Below, piece by piece: positions 25,714 through 35,319 of a stretch of 49,589 nt of DNA. The stretch lies in assembly GCA_013694845.1 (NCBI GenBank), contig JACDBQ010000046.1, positions 1-49,589 on the forward strand, given 5' to 3'. The translations under genes were made by a program, and so were the position numbers. The DNA is from Acidobacteriota bacterium (GTDB lineage: Bacteria > Acidobacteriota > Vicinamibacteria > Vicinamibacterales > 2-12-FULL-66-21). Numbering within the stretch: position 1 is the stretch's first letter; every line of letters begins with the position of its first letter. The notes under the pieces are model-generated. The model had not been told where the DNA came from. It worked only from the letters and a program-made list of their open reading frames with translations, and did no database searches.

Positions 25714-28140
25714 TCAGGCCGTAGTCAGTTCCTCGGTGCGCACGTAGGAGCACTCCTCGTTGTTGCAGATCAACTGGCGCCCGTGGCGCTTGGTGATCTT
25801 CTCGACCAGGAACGGCGCTTTACACTCCGGGCACGTTTCCACGATGGGCCTGTTCCAGAGCGTGAAGTCACAGTCCGGATAGTTGGCGCAGCCATAGAAC
25901 GCTTTTCCGCGCCGCGACTTGCGCTCCACGATGTCGCCGCCGTCCTTTGGACAGAGGACGCCCGTGGACTTCTGTTTTACGTACTTACAGTTGGGATAGT
26001 TCGTGCACGCGGTGAACTCGCCGAATCGCCCCTGTTTGATGACGAGGTTCGACTCGCACTTCGGACACTTTTCGTCAAGGATCTGGTCCGGCTTCGCCGC
26101 CGTCATTCCCTGCTTCGTCGCGATGATCTTCCGCGTCGTCTTGCACTCGGGGTACCCGGTGCACGCGAGAAACTGGCCGAAGCGCCCGCGCTTCATCGCC
26201 ATGGGCTTGCCGCAGTTCTCGCAGGCCTCTTCGATCGCCTCTCCTTCCGCACCGGCCTCCACGGTTTCGAGCTCGCGCGTGTTCTCGCAGTCCGGATAGC
26301 CGCTACAGGCGAGGAACAGCCCGAACTTGCCGGCCTTCATCACCATCTGCTTGCCGCACTTGTCGCACTCGACCGCCGGCTCTGGCGGAACGCCCTCCTT
26401 GAAGTTGGGCATCTGTTCCTTGGCGCGATCGAGATCTTTCGCGAATTTTTTGTAGAAGTTCGTGAGTGTGGACTTGTAGTCCTCGGTGCCCTCCTCGATC
26501 TTGTCGAGGTCCTCTTCGAGCTCGCGGGTGTAGTTGACGTCCAGGATGTCGTCGAACGCCGGACTCAGCAGTCGATCCACGAGCATGCGGCCGAGCACCG
26601 TCGGCTTGAACCGGCCCTCCATCTTGTTTACGTACTCGCGCGCCTGGATGACGCTGATGATCGATGCGTAGGTGCTGGGACGGCCGATGCCGTTCTCTTC
26701 CATCGCCTTCACGAGCGTCGCTTCGCTGTAGCGCGGCGGCGGCTGCGTGAACTTCTGGTCCGGCCTCAGCTCCTTCAGGTCGAGGCGGTCGCCTTCCGAG
26801 AGCGGCGGCAGCACACCCGACCCTTCCTCGTCCTCGGAGCTGACCGCGTCCGGGCCGGCCCCCTCGGTGCGCACCTCCGCAACATCTCGCTCGTAGACCG
26901 CCGTCCAGCCCGCGAACTTGGGCACCGAACCCTTGACGCGGAACAGGTAATTCGCGGCGGTGATGTCAACGGTCGTGTCGTCGAAGATCGCCGGCAGCAT
27001 CTGCGACGCGACGAAGCGATTCCAGATCAGGCGATACAGGTAGTACTGGTCCGCCGTCAGCTGCGCGCGCACCGATTCGGGATGCCACTGCATCGACGTC
27101 GGGCGGATGGCTTCGTGCGCATCCTGCGCGTCTTTCTTCGTCTTGTAGAAATTCGCCTTCTCGGGCACAAAGTCGGGGCCGAACTTCTCCCCGATGTGCT
27201 CGCGCACGTCGGTAATGGCCTCTTCCGACACGCGGGTGGAGTCGGTTCGCATGTAGGTGATGAGACCCACGGCTCCTTCCCCGGGCAGCTCGATTCCCTC
27301 GTAGAGCTGCTGGGCGATCATCATGGTCTTCTTGACCGGGAAGCGCGAGGCCTGCTGGAGCCGTGACGTGATGTACGGCGGCAGCGCGTGCTTCTTGCGC
27401 TCCTTGTTCGTGACGGTCCCGACCACCCAGTCCGCCGAGCGAAGGTCCGACAGGACCCTGTCGGCTTCTTCCTTGTTCCCCACCTTGATGTTGGCGCCGT
27501 CGCGCTTCAGCAGCCTGGCGTCGAACTCCGGCGGTAGCGGGCCGGCCAGACGGGCGGTAATGTTCCAGTACTCCTCGGCGGTGAACACTTCGATCTCCCG
27601 CTCGCGGTCGCAGACGAGCTTGAGCGCGACCGACTGCACGCGCCCCGCGCTCAGACCGCGTCGAACCTTGTCCCACAGCAGAGGGCTGATCTTGTAACCC
27701 ACGAGGCGATCGAGCACACGCCGCGCCTGCTGCGCGTCGACTATCTGCTTGTTGATGGTGGTGGGATGTTCGAGCGCGGCGAGCACCCCCTTCTTGGTGA
27801 TCTCGTTGAACATGAGGCGGCGGATCTTCTTCGTGTTGCCGCTCCCCAGTTCTTCGGCCAGGTGCCAGCCGATCGCCTCCCCTTCGCGGTCGGGGTCGGT
27901 CGCGATGAAGATCTCGTCCACCCCTTTGGCGCCGTCCTTGAGCTCCTTGAGGACCTTCTTTCGGCTTGCGATCACCTCGTAGGAGGGTTCGAAATCCTCG
28001 TCGACGTCGACGCCCAGCTTGCTCTTGGGCAGGTCACGCACATGGCCCATGGAGGCAACCACTTTGTAATTCCTGCCGAGATATTTATTGATCGTTTTCG
28101 CCTTAGCGGGCGATTCGACCACGACGAGTGCCTTTGCCAT
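25714..28140 (-). CDS. topA: DNA topoisomerase I
   Basis: 808 aa. MAKALVVVESPAKAKTINKYLG (Toprim), active-site region ITYMRTDS, and a C-terminal array of CxxC zinc ribbons. Confidence 0.96.
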   Translation of the reverse strand: MAKALVVVESPAKAKTINKYLGRNYKVVASMGHVRDLPKSKLGVDVDEDFEPSYEVIASRKKVLKELKDGAKGVDEIFIATDPDREGEAIGWHLAEELGSGNTKKIRRLMFNEITKKGVLAALEHPTTINKQIVDAQQARRVLDRLVGYKISPLLWDKVRRGLSAGRVQSVALKLVCDREREIEVFTAEEYWNITARLAGPLPPEFDARLLKRDGANIKVGNKEEADRVLSDLRSADWVVGTVTNKERKKHALPPYITSRLQQASRFPVKKTMMIAQQLYEGIELPGEGAVGLITYMRTDSTRVSEEAITDVREHIGEKFGPDFVPEKANFYKTKKDAQDAHEAIRPTSMQWHPESVRAQLTADQYYLYRLIWNRFVASQMLPAIFDDTTVDITAANYLFRVKGSVPKFAGWTAVYERDVAEVRTEGAGPDAVSSEDEEGSGVLPPLSEGDRLDLKELRPDQKFTQPPPRYSEATLVKAMEENGIGRPSTYASIISVIQAREYVNKMEGRFKPTVLGRMLVDRLLSPAFDDILDVNYTRELEEDLDKIEEGTEDYKSTLTNFYKKFAKDLDRAKEQMPNFKEGVPPEPAVECDKCGKQMVMKAGKFGLFLACSGYPDCENTRELETVEAGAEGEAIEEACENCGKPMAMKRGRFGQFLACTGYPECKTTRKIIATKQGMTAAKPDQILDEKCPKCESNLVIKQGRFGEFTACTNYPNCKYVKQKSTGVLCPKDGGDIVERKSRRGKAFYGCANYPDCDFTLWNRPIVETCPECKAPFLVEKITKRHGRQLICNNEECSYVRTEELTTA

Positions 28141-28170
28141 ATGTCTGACCCTACGTTACCAGAACCCTGA

Positions 28171-29268
28171 TCAGCTGAGAGGAAACGGCGCCTGGCGAAC
28201 GAATCGTCCGCCCCCCGGGGCCTCGATGTGGCCCAGAAGCTGCAGTTCCATGAGGCGCGGGAGAAGTTTCGACGCGGCCGTGCCCGTGGCCTCGACAAGA
28301 TCGTCGAGCCGGTAAATCTCTCCGATCTCCATCTTACGCAGTAAAGGATCACTGCTCAGCGACTTGGAGGCGGTGATGCGTGTCGATGACCCAATAGAGG
28401 CGGGTGTCCTCCAGCCAAGGTCCTCCAGGATATCGTCCGCACTTTCGATGACCTTTGCGCCGTCCTTCAAAAGGCTATGCGATCCGCGGTTCCGGCCGGT
28501 GAGCACGCTGCCGGGCACTGCCATGACGTCCCGCCCCTGTTTCAGCGCGCACGCGGCAGTGATCAGCGACCCGCTCTTGTCAGAGGCTTCGACTACGACA
28601 ACCGCCAGCGAGATCCCGCTGATGATCCGGTTGCGCAGCGGAAAATGCTCCGGCAGCGGCTTCGCGCCAGGCGCCAACTCGCTCAACACCAGACCTTGAG
28701 CGGTTATCCTGTCCGCGAGGGCGTCGTGCTCCCTGGGGTAGATGTTGTCGAGGCCCGAGCCGATGACCGCCACCGTCGACCCGCTCGCGCGCAGGCTCCC
28801 CTCGTGGGCCGCCGAGTCCACGCCGCGGGCCAGACCGCTGACCACCACGATACCCCGTTCCGCCAGCTCGGCGGCTAAACGGCGCCCCACCTGTAAAGCG
28901 TAGGGCGTAGCCGCGCGTGACCCGACGATGGCTACGCACGGAGCGCCGAGACAGGCCAGATCTCCTCGGGACCATAGCACCGGCGGAGGGTCCGTGATGC
29001 ACGAAAGCAGCGCAGGATAACGCGGGTCGCGGATCGGGACAGGTGTGAAACCGAGAGCCGCCCCAGCGGCCACCGCCTCGGCGGCCGCGGTCCTGGCCGC
29101 TACCGCCACCGCCCGGCCGGATGGCGTTTCCGAAGGAACACCCGTCAGATCGAGGACACACTCGAGCGCCCGGTCTTCTTCGGCCTGGCGCAATTCCTTG
29201 AAGGCGGCACAGGCCTTCAAGCGAGACACGGGAAGCATCGACACGGCGACAGCGGTCAGGAGATCCAT
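28171..29268 (-). CDS. dprA: DNA processing protein DprA (Smf)
   Basis: VAIVGSRAATPYALQVGRRLAAELAERGIVVVSGLARGVDSAAHEG, PLRNRIISGIS, VVVEASDKSGSLITA. Start chosen at MDLL (29268) because the upstream ATG at 29364 lies inside a TATAAT box. Confidence 0.9.
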   Translation of the reverse strand: MDLLTAVAVSMLPVSRLKACAAFKELRQAEEDRALECVLDLTGVPSETPSGRAVAVAARTAAAEAVAAGAALGFTPVPIRDPRYPALLSCITDPPPVLWSRGDLACLGAPCVAIVGSRAATPYALQVGRRLAAELAERGIVVVSGLARGVDSAAHEGSLRASGSTVAVIGSGLDNIYPREHDALADRITAQGLVLSELAPGAKPLPEHFPLRNRIISGISLAVVVVEASDKSGSLITAACALKQGRDVMAVPGSVLTGRNRGSHSLLKDGAKVIESADDILEDLGWRTPASIGSSTRITASKSLSSDPLLRKMEIGEIYRLDDLVEATGTAASKLLPRLMELQLLGHIEAPGGGRFVRQAPFPLS

Positions 29269-29362
29269 CGGCGCTACCTCGCGCCGGCCGCATCGCGCCC
29301 ACCCAAGACAAAAGGCCGGACACACGGCTGCTGGCGCAGTTTTCGGCCCGACCTCTGTCCTC

Positions 29363-29392
29363 ATTATAGGCGGGCGCTGTCACATGCCGCAA
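29363..29392 (-). promoter_or_regulatory. sigma70-type promoter TTGCGG-N18-TATAAT for dprA
   Basis: On the minus strand, TTGCGG (29392-29387), an 18-nt spacer, then a perfect TATAAT (29368-29363). Confidence 0.4.
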
Positions 29393-29473
29393 CGCGACTT
29401 ACGCACATTGACCTGAGAATTACAAAAACTGCCGGCGAACCCCCTGAAAACGCAGTATTTCTGTCCAAAGCTC

Positions 29474-29489
29474 TGGTACACCCATTGCT
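29474..29489 (+). promoter_or_regulatory. sigma54-type promoter (TGGTAC-N5-TTGCT)
   Basis: GG at 29475-76 and GC at 29487-88, exactly 10 nt apart. About 78 nt upstream of ATG 29567. Confidence 0.4.
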
Positions 29490-29524
29490 GACTCCGAGCC
29501 GTTTCGTCCCGGTCGGGAAACTTC

Positions 29525-29553
29525 TTGCGGGTAATACACCGCCTGACTATAGT
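29525..29553 (+). promoter_or_regulatory. sigma70-type promoter TTGCGG-N17-TATAGT
   Basis: TTGCGG at 29525-30, a 17-nt spacer, TATAGT at 29548-53. The ATG at 29567 would leave a very short leader. Confidence 0.35.
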
Positions 29554-29566
29554 GAGCGCATCCACG

Positions 29567-29920
29567 ATGCTCTTCAGAGCCTTCGCCTTCACCGCGGCAT
29601 TGCTCGCCTTCGTGCCCGCGGCTCACGCGGACGCACGGTCGGACGCGAAAGCCCAGGTCGAATTCGGCATCAAGGTGGCGCAGAATGGTCTCTGGAAAGA
29701 GGCGACCTACCGCTGGGAAAAGGCCACCCAGCTCGACCCCTCATACGCGGAGGCGTGGAACAACCTCGCAATCGGTTACGAGTACGAAGGCCGCTTCGAC
29801 GATGCTGAGTCCGCGTATCACCGCGCGCTCAAGCTCGATCCCAAGAACACGCTGATCCGGCAGAACTACGATCTCTTCAAAGAAATCAATGACCGCACGA
29901 AACGTCGCCGCGATCGCTAG
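29567..29920 (+). CDS. small secreted TPR-repeat protein
   Basis: Start at MLFRAFAFTAALLAFVPAAHA (signal peptide). TPR-like AEAWNNLAIGYEYEGRFDDAESAYHRALKLDPKN. Confidence 0.8.
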   Translation: MLFRAFAFTAALLAFVPAAHADARSDAKAQVEFGIKVAQNGLWKEATYRWEKATQLDPSYAEAWNNLAIGYEYEGRFDDAESAYHRALKLDPKNTLIRQNYDLFKEINDRTKRRRDR

Positions 29921-30728
29921 CCTCGCGCTGCTCAGCGCGACGGTTGCCTGCACCAACTTCTACGAGGTGCCGATTGAAACGCCGATCCAGGCCAAGCTGG
30001 ATGTGTCGGCGTTCCGTCGCGTGCTCGTCGCAGGCTTCATCTCCGGGGGCACCGACGATGTCGATGCGAACATGGAAACGGTGCGCCTGCTCCGAAGCCA
30101 ACTCCGGAGCAAGACCAACCTCCGTGTGATCGAAGCTGAAGTTCTGCAGCTCACCGAACTGGCGAACCGGCAGACCCGTGCCGCTGGTGCGGATCCGGCG
30201 GCGCTCCCGGCCGTCGGGGAGATTCCCGGAACCTTTCAGCCGGGGGCACAGCCAGCGCCGGCCGCCGATACCGCCAAACCGGAAGCGCCCGGGACGATCC
30301 GCTCGAAGAAGGACATGGAGCGCTACGAGCGTATCTTCGCGGATGCGGCGTTCTGGAAGAAACTGGGCGAGGAATACGAAAACCCCCTGATCATCACCGG
30401 TACCATCCTTTTCACCCCCCAGCAGACAGCCGGCTGGGTCAATCAGAACCGGGAACAGTACGATCAGCTCGGTCGCCGTATCGTCGTCCCGGTGCGTACC
30501 TACATGGAGCGCAAAGGGTTCGTCCTCGAGCCGAAGTTCGTATTCATCGACGGACGGACAGGCGCGACGCTCTACTCTGAGACCCAACGTCGCGAGCGGC
30601 TGTACCCGACACAACAGTCCGTGCCGGCGCTGGCGTCCTACTTCGAGCTGATGGACGAGCTCATCCCGGACTTCCTTGGAGCGTTGAGCACTCAAAAGAT
30701 CCGCGGGACCAGGATCCTGCTGCGGTAA
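29889..30728 (+). CDS. lipoprotein of unknown function
   Basis: 279 aa. Signal peptide plus lipobox (LLSATVAC). Overlaps the end of the TPR gene by 32 nt. Confidence 0.8.
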   Translation: MTARNVAAIASLALLSATVACTNFYEVPIETPIQAKLDVSAFRRVLVAGFISGGTDDVDANMETVRLLRSQLRSKTNLRVIEAEVLQLTELANRQTRAAGADPAALPAVGEIPGTFQPGAQPAPAADTAKPEAPGTIRSKKDMERYERIFADAAFWKKLGEEYENPLIITGTILFTPQQTAGWVNQNREQYDQLGRRIVVPVRTYMERKGFVLEPKFVFIDGRTGATLYSETQRRERLYPTQQSVPALASYFELMDELIPDFLGALSTQKIRGTRILLR

Positions 30729-30742
30729 GCGGACCATCCACC

Positions 30743-30859
30743 CTAGGAGCGTGTCCGAGTAATCGGTTTTTGCCAAACCGCGCGCCGAAAACATTAGGAA
30801 AAGCGCGCGCGGCGATCGCGAAAACCGCTGATTTCGGTATTACTCGGACACGCTCCTAG
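30743..30859. repeat. 117-bp palindromic element (perfect 21-bp terminal inverted repeats, partly self-complementary 75-nt interior), MITE/REP-like
   Basis: CTAGGAGCGTGTCCGAGTAAT (30743-63) and ATTACTCGGACACGCTCCTAG (30839-59). The interior has further complementary segments (CGGTTTTTGCC / GCGAAAACCG, GCGCGC blocks). Lies between the lipoprotein stop and rplU. Confidence 0.8.
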
Positions 30860-30978
30860 TGTCGCCAGGCGGTCGAGCCCTCACCTTCCGCCGATTGCCC
30901 CAAGCCAGGTCGACGTGCTACCCTGATACCTTTGCACTCAGCGATTAGGGCCTCCCTGTAGGGGCTGACGGAGGGAAC

Positions 30979-31293
30979 GTGTTCGCAATTATTCAGAGCG
31001 GCGGCCGGCAGGTCAAGGTCTCGCCGGGCAGCGTGGTCACCGTCGATCGCTTCGACGCGCAGCCTGGGCAGGAAGTCACGATCGACCGCGTGCTGTTTCT
31101 CGAAAAAGAGGGCGGCGAAATGCTCGCAGGTGCCCCGTTCGTCGCCAATGCCAAAGTTCTCGGCGTCGTCGACGGCGAGGAGCGTGGCCCGAAGATCCGC
31201 ATCTTCAAGAAGCGCCGCCGCAAGGGCTTCCGCAAGACCCAGGGCCACCGCGCGACCTACACGCGGGTTCGCATCACCGGTATCGAAATCTGA
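30979..31293 (+). CDS. rplU: 50S ribosomal protein L21
   Basis: GTG start after a GGAGGG Shine-Dalgarno sequence. MFAIIQSGGRQVKVSPGSVVTVDR... Confidence 0.95.
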   Translation: MFAIIQSGGRQVKVSPGSVVTVDRFDAQPGQEVTIDRVLFLEKEGGEMLAGAPFVANAKVLGVVDGEERGPKIRIFKKRRRKGFRKTQGHRATYTRVRITGIEI

Positions 31294-31331
31294 TGTAGGC
31301 CGGCTTCGTCCGGCCGAATTGAAACACCATC

Positions 31332-31592
31332 ATGGCTACAAAAAAGGGTCAGGGCAGTTCTCGTAACGGGCGCGATTCCAACTCCCAGCGCCTCGGCGTC
31401 AAGCGGTTCGACGGCAACCTCGTCACCGGAGGCTCGATCCTCGTGCGTCAGCGCGGCCGCAAGTTCCGCCCTGGCCTCAACGTCGGCCTTGGGAAGGACG
31501 ACACGCTGTTTGCCAAGGTCACCGGCGTGGTGAAGTTTGCCGATCATGGCGCCCGCGGTCGCACTATCAGCATTGTCCCGGCAGCCGAGTAG
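31332..31592 (+). CDS. rpmA: 50S ribosomal protein L27
   Basis: [42 protein letters not shown]. Confidence 0.96.
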   Translation: MATKKGQGSSRNGRDSNSQRLGVKRFDGNLVTGGSILVRQRGRKFRPGLNVGLGKDDTLFAKVTGVVKFADHGARGRTISIVPAAE

Positions 31593-31678
31593 AGTCGGGA
31601 AGGCCGCTGACGGGTGTTCCGTGCCGCCGCCGTAGGGTGCCGTCGAGCCCCGGCTGAGCCGCCTGAAAATGGCCATTC

Positions 31679-32749
31679 ATGTTTGTTGACGAGGTAGAGA
31701 TCCAGGTCGCCGCCGGGCACGGTGGCCGGGGAGCGCTGAGCTTCCGCCGAGAAAAGTTCGTGCCGCGAGGCGGCCCCGATGGCGGTGATGGCGCGCCCGG
31801 TGGTTCCGTCTACCTCCTCACGAACCCCAATCTGAACACCCTCCTGAATTTCCGGTTCCAGAAAATTTTCGAGGCTGGCCGGGGCGGTCACGGTGAAGGG
31901 TCCAACCGCAGGGGCAAGAACGGGAGCGACATCGAGCTTCAGGTCCCCATAGGAACCGTCGTTTATGAGAAACGAGACGACGAGTTCGTCCAGGTAGCGG
32001 ACCTGACCGACGACGGCCAGCGCGTGATGATCGCGAAGGGCGGATTGGGGGGCCACGGCAACGCGACGTATGCCACCTCCACCAACCGGGCACCGCGAAA
32101 AACGCAACCGGGCCTGCCAGGCGAAGAGAAGAGCCTTCGGCTGCACTTGAAGTTACTGGCGGACGTCGGGCTGGTCGGCTATCCGAACGCCGGCAAATCC
32201 ACCATGATCTCGCGCATCTCCGCAGCACGGCCGAAGATCGCCGACTATCCCTTCACGACTCTCGTTCCAAATCTCGGCGTCGTTGGCCTGTCGGGAGACC
32301 GTTCGTTTGTGGTCGCGGACGTCCCCGGGTTGATCGAGGGAGCGCACAGCGGACATGGGCTCGGGACGCGGTTCCTCAGTCACCTCGAACGGACCAAGGT
32401 TCTCGTCCACATCGTGGACGTGTCCTCGGCCAGTGGACGCGATCCGGTCGAGGATTACGAGGTCATCAAGCGCGAGCTGGAGTTGTTCCCCGGCCGGGAT
32501 GCATCGGGCGAACGGCTGGCTGACAAACCCGTCATCGTGGCGGCCAACAAGATCGACGCACTCGACGAGCCGGAGCGCCTCAAGAAGCTCCGGTCGCACC
32601 TGCTCGAATGCCATGTTCCACTCCACGCGGTTTCCGCGGCCGCCGGCGACGGCTTACCGCCTCTCCTCGAGGCGGTCTGGCGCGAAGTGGTCGCAGCCCG
32701 TGAACGCGCCGCGGCCATGACCTCCGTCGCGGACCCTGTCGCTGAATGA
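31679..32749 (+). CDS. obg: GTPase Obg/CgtA
   Basis: MFVDEVEIQVAAGHGGRGALSFRREKFVPRGGPDGGDGAPGGSV, G1 motif GYPNAGKST, DVPGLIEGAH, ANKID. Confidence 0.95.
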   Translation: MFVDEVEIQVAAGHGGRGALSFRREKFVPRGGPDGGDGAPGGSVYLLTNPNLNTLLNFRFQKIFEAGRGGHGEGSNRRGKNGSDIELQVPIGTVVYEKRDDEFVQVADLTDDGQRVMIAKGGLGGHGNATYATSTNRAPRKTQPGLPGEEKSLRLHLKLLADVGLVGYPNAGKSTMISRISAARPKIADYPFTTLVPNLGVVGLSGDRSFVVADVPGLIEGAHSGHGLGTRFLSHLERTKVLVHIVDVSSASGRDPVEDYEVIKRELELFPGRDASGERLADKPVIVAANKIDALDEPERLKKLRSHLLECHVPLHAVSAAAGDGLPPLLEAVWREVVAARERAAAMTSVADPVAE

Positions 32750-33450
32750 GCGACGTGGTGCGTATCGGTATCCTCGGCGGCACGCTGGATCCGATTCACC
32801 AGGGGCACATCGAAGCCGCGCTCGCCGCGCGCGAGGCGCTCGCCCTCGAACGCGTGATCATCATTCCCACTCACGTGCCGCCACACCGATCCCGACCTGC
32901 GACGTCCGCCTACCACCGATTTGCCATGGCGTCCCTGGCGGTCAACGGCGTCGAGGGCTTGTGCGCGAGCGACCTGGAGCTGCTGTCGCCGGGTCCGTCC
33001 TATACGGCGGATACGCTGCTTCGTGTCAGCGACGCGCGGGGTATCGGGGCATCGCAGATTTTCTTCATCACCGGCGCAGATGCCTTTGCAGAAATTGAGA
33101 CGTGGAGCCGGTATCCGGAGGTGCTGGACCTCTCGAACTTCATCGTCGTGTCCCGCCCCGGAATGTCGCTGTCAGCGTTGCGCCAGCGCTTCCCGCAACT
33201 GAAGGCCCGGATGCGGTTGCCCATTGGCCGCGCGACTGAAGCGGCGGCGGCGGACGAAACGCTGATATTTCTGGTGGAGGCGCCGACACCGGACATTTCG
33301 TCCACGGACATCCGCCGCCGCCTGGCCGAGGGACAACCGGTCTCGGGCCTGGTGCCCTTACCGGTCGAAGATCACATTCAGCAACACGCGCTTTACACGC
33401 AACAGTCTCCCATCACGTCAACGGCGAACCACTTGCATGGCCAAAACTGA
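32746..33450 (+). CDS. nadD: nicotinate-nucleotide adenylyltransferase
   Basis: IGILGGTLDPIHQGHIEAA (HxGH motif) and ISSTDIRRRL. 4-nt overlap with obg. Confidence 0.88.
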   Translation: MSDVVRIGILGGTLDPIHQGHIEAALAAREALALERVIIIPTHVPPHRSRPATSAYHRFAMASLAVNGVEGLCASDLELLSPGPSYTADTLLRVSDARGIGASQIFFITGADAFAEIETWSRYPEVLDLSNFIVVSRPGMSLSALRQRFPQLKARMRLPIGRATEAAAADETLIFLVEAPTPDISSTDIRRRLAEGQPVSGLVPLPVEDHIQQHALYTQQSPITSTANHLHGQN

Positions 33451-34015
33451 ACGCAAAGAAACGACGGCTACCGGAACCAAGCGCCCGCGTGTGAAGGTCG
33501 CCAGGCGGCGTGCAGGTGACGCGGCCGATCCAGAAGCCACCGGAACGGAGCGGGAGCAAGTGAAGGGCGCCAGGCGAGCCGCGCTGGCGCGCACGGGGCC
33601 GCAGACCGGCGGGGTCCCTTCGGGGACGTCGGCCGGCGAGGTCAAGCCGTGGCCGGCCGAGATCGCGGACGCGGTGCGCGCCGCGCTCGACAAAAAGGCG
33701 CAAGACGTCGTCGTCCTCGATCTTCGACAGACGCCGGCGTTCACTGATTTTTTCGTGCTGTGTTCAGGCCTCAATCCGCGCCAGGTGAAAGCAATCGTCG
33801 ACAGTGTCGAAGAGACGCTGCGGGCGACCAGGGTGCGCCCGGCGCACACCGAAGGATACGACCGCGCCGAATGGGTTCTGATGGACTTTTTCAGCTTCAT
33901 CGTGCACGTCTTCACCCCGCAGACGCGGGCGTTCTACGGGCTGGAACGCCTGTGGGGGGATGCCGAGCGCATCAATGTGAGCGACGAACCCGCGGCGATC
34001 GAAAAGAAGGCCTGA
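33437..34015 (+). CDS. rsfS: ribosome silencing factor RsfS with a ~70-aa basic N-terminal extension
   Basis: Core sequence DKKAQDVVVLDLRQTPAFTDFFVLCSGLNPRQVKAIVDSVEE...WVLMDFFSFIVHVFTPQTRAFYGLERLW. Confidence 0.88.
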   Translation: MAKTERKETTATGTKRPRVKVARRRAGDAADPEATGTEREQVKGARRAALARTGPQTGGVPSGTSAGEVKPWPAEIADAVRAALDKKAQDVVVLDLRQTPAFTDFFVLCSGLNPRQVKAIVDSVEETLRATRVRPAHTEGYDRAEWVLMDFFSFIVHVFTPQTRAFYGLERLWGDAERINVSDEPAAIEKKA

Positions 34016-34040
34016 CGCGCCGCGCCCGAGCCGCGCAGTC

Positions 34041-34760
34041 ATGATCCGAGGGCTCGGCGACGCGCTCTCCGCCGTCCTGCTCGCTCCCTGTTGCGCCTGC
34101 TGCCGAGAACCCCTCGATCACCCGACGCGCGGCGCGGTGTGTGCCGCATGCTGGAGATCGCTGCCTACCCAGACCGACCCCGTGTGCCAGACCTGCGGGG
34201 ATGCGCTGCCCTCGTCACGCCTGCCGGCCGGGATTCCACAGTGCACGCGCTGTCGGAGGACGCCGCGCGTCATCTCGTGCGGACGTTCCATCGGTCCCTA
34301 TGACGGAGTCCTACGGGACATCCTGCAGGCTTTGAAGTACGACCGCCGCCGTTCGCTCGCACGGCCACTCGGCGCGCTGATGTCTGCGGCAGGACGCGAG
34401 GTGCTAGTTGGCGCAGATTTCGTCGTCCCGGTTCCGCTTCACTTCTTCCGGCAGTACGCGCGCGGCTTCAACCAGGCCGCGGAGCTCGCGTCTCACCTCG
34501 GGGTACCCGTCCTGCACGCGCTGCGAAGAGCTCGAGCCACGGTAACGCAGACGGATCTGCCGGAGGCACAGAGGCACGCGAACGTCCGGGGTGCATTCGC
34601 GGCGCGGTGCCGAATCCCGCGCGAGGCAGTCCTCGTGGTGGTGGATGACGTCAGCACGACGGGCGCAACCCTGGACGCGTGTGCGCACGTTCTGCTGGAA
34701 GCGGGCGCGACCGCAGTCCGGGGACTTACGGCTGCACGAGCAGCGGCGCGACTGCCTTGA
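34041..34760 (+). CDS. comF: ComF family protein (phosphoribosyltransferase domain)
   Basis: N-terminal Cys-rich CCACCREPLD...CAACW...CQTCG. GFNQAAELA. C-terminal PRTase motif VLVVVDDVSTTGATL. Confidence 0.85.
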   Translation: MIRGLGDALSAVLLAPCCACCREPLDHPTRGAVCAACWRSLPTQTDPVCQTCGDALPSSRLPAGIPQCTRCRRTPRVISCGRSIGPYDGVLRDILQALKYDRRRSLARPLGALMSAAGREVLVGADFVVPVPLHFFRQYARGFNQAAELASHLGVPVLHALRRARATVTQTDLPEAQRHANVRGAFAARCRIPREAVLVVVDDVSTTGATLDACAHVLLEAGATAVRGLTAARAAARLP

Positions 34761-35319
34761 GGACGTCGGCCGAGACGTCCGCTTTTGCGCGCTCGCCGTT
34801 CAGGATCAGCCAGCGTTCCTGGCGAGACTGCCGCCGGTAGCTGTCCCGCACACGAGACAGTAACGCCAGGTCCCGTTCGTAACGATCGCGTCCGGTCGCC
34901 TTGCGCCGCACCGCGGTCTCCGGCGCGATATCGAGTACGACCGTGAGATCGGGACGGGGCAGGAATCTCTGGATGTTCTCGAGCCAGATTGCGTCCAGCC
35001 CCTGAGCCTCGCCGTAGGCGACGGTCGACGCGACATACCGATCACACACGATCACGGTGCCGGCCGCCAGCTGATCTTCAATCCAGACCCGCTTCTCGTA
35101 CCGATTCGCCACATAGAGCAGCTGCATCGTGTCGGGGGCGTAATCACGCTCGCCGTGAAGCGCCCGCGAGATCTCCCCGCCGATCGCGGTGTGGTAGTCG
35201 GGGAACGAGAGCAGGCGGCACTGGCGACCCCGGTCCCGAACGAAATCCCGCAGGCCTTCCGCCTGGGTCTGCTTGCCACTCTGATCCAGACCCTCGAACG
35301 CTATCAGCGCGCCGGCCAT
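34726..35319 (-). CDS. tmk: dTMP (thymidylate) kinase
   Basis: LIAFEGLDQSGKQTQ P-loop, DRYVASTVAYG, lid-like RKATGRDRYE. Confidence 0.85.
   Translation of the reverse strand: MAGALIAFEGLDQSGKQTQAEGLRDFVRDRGRQCRLLSFPDYHTAIGGEISRALHGERDYAPDTMQLLYVANRYEKRVWIEDQLAAGTVIVCDRYVASTVAYGEAQGLDAIWLENIQRFLPRPDLTVVLDIAPETAVRRKATGRDRYERDLALLSRVRDSYRRQSRQERWLILNGERAKADVSADVLKAVAPLLVQP

Noticed and set aside
25579-27366. 595-aa plus-strand ORF
   Set aside because: It lies entirely antisense to topA, whose translation is unmistakable. Its composition is Leu/Arg/Ala-rich and non-protein-like.
30856-31248. 130-aa minus-strand ORF
   Set aside because: It is antisense to rplU, which is unambiguous.
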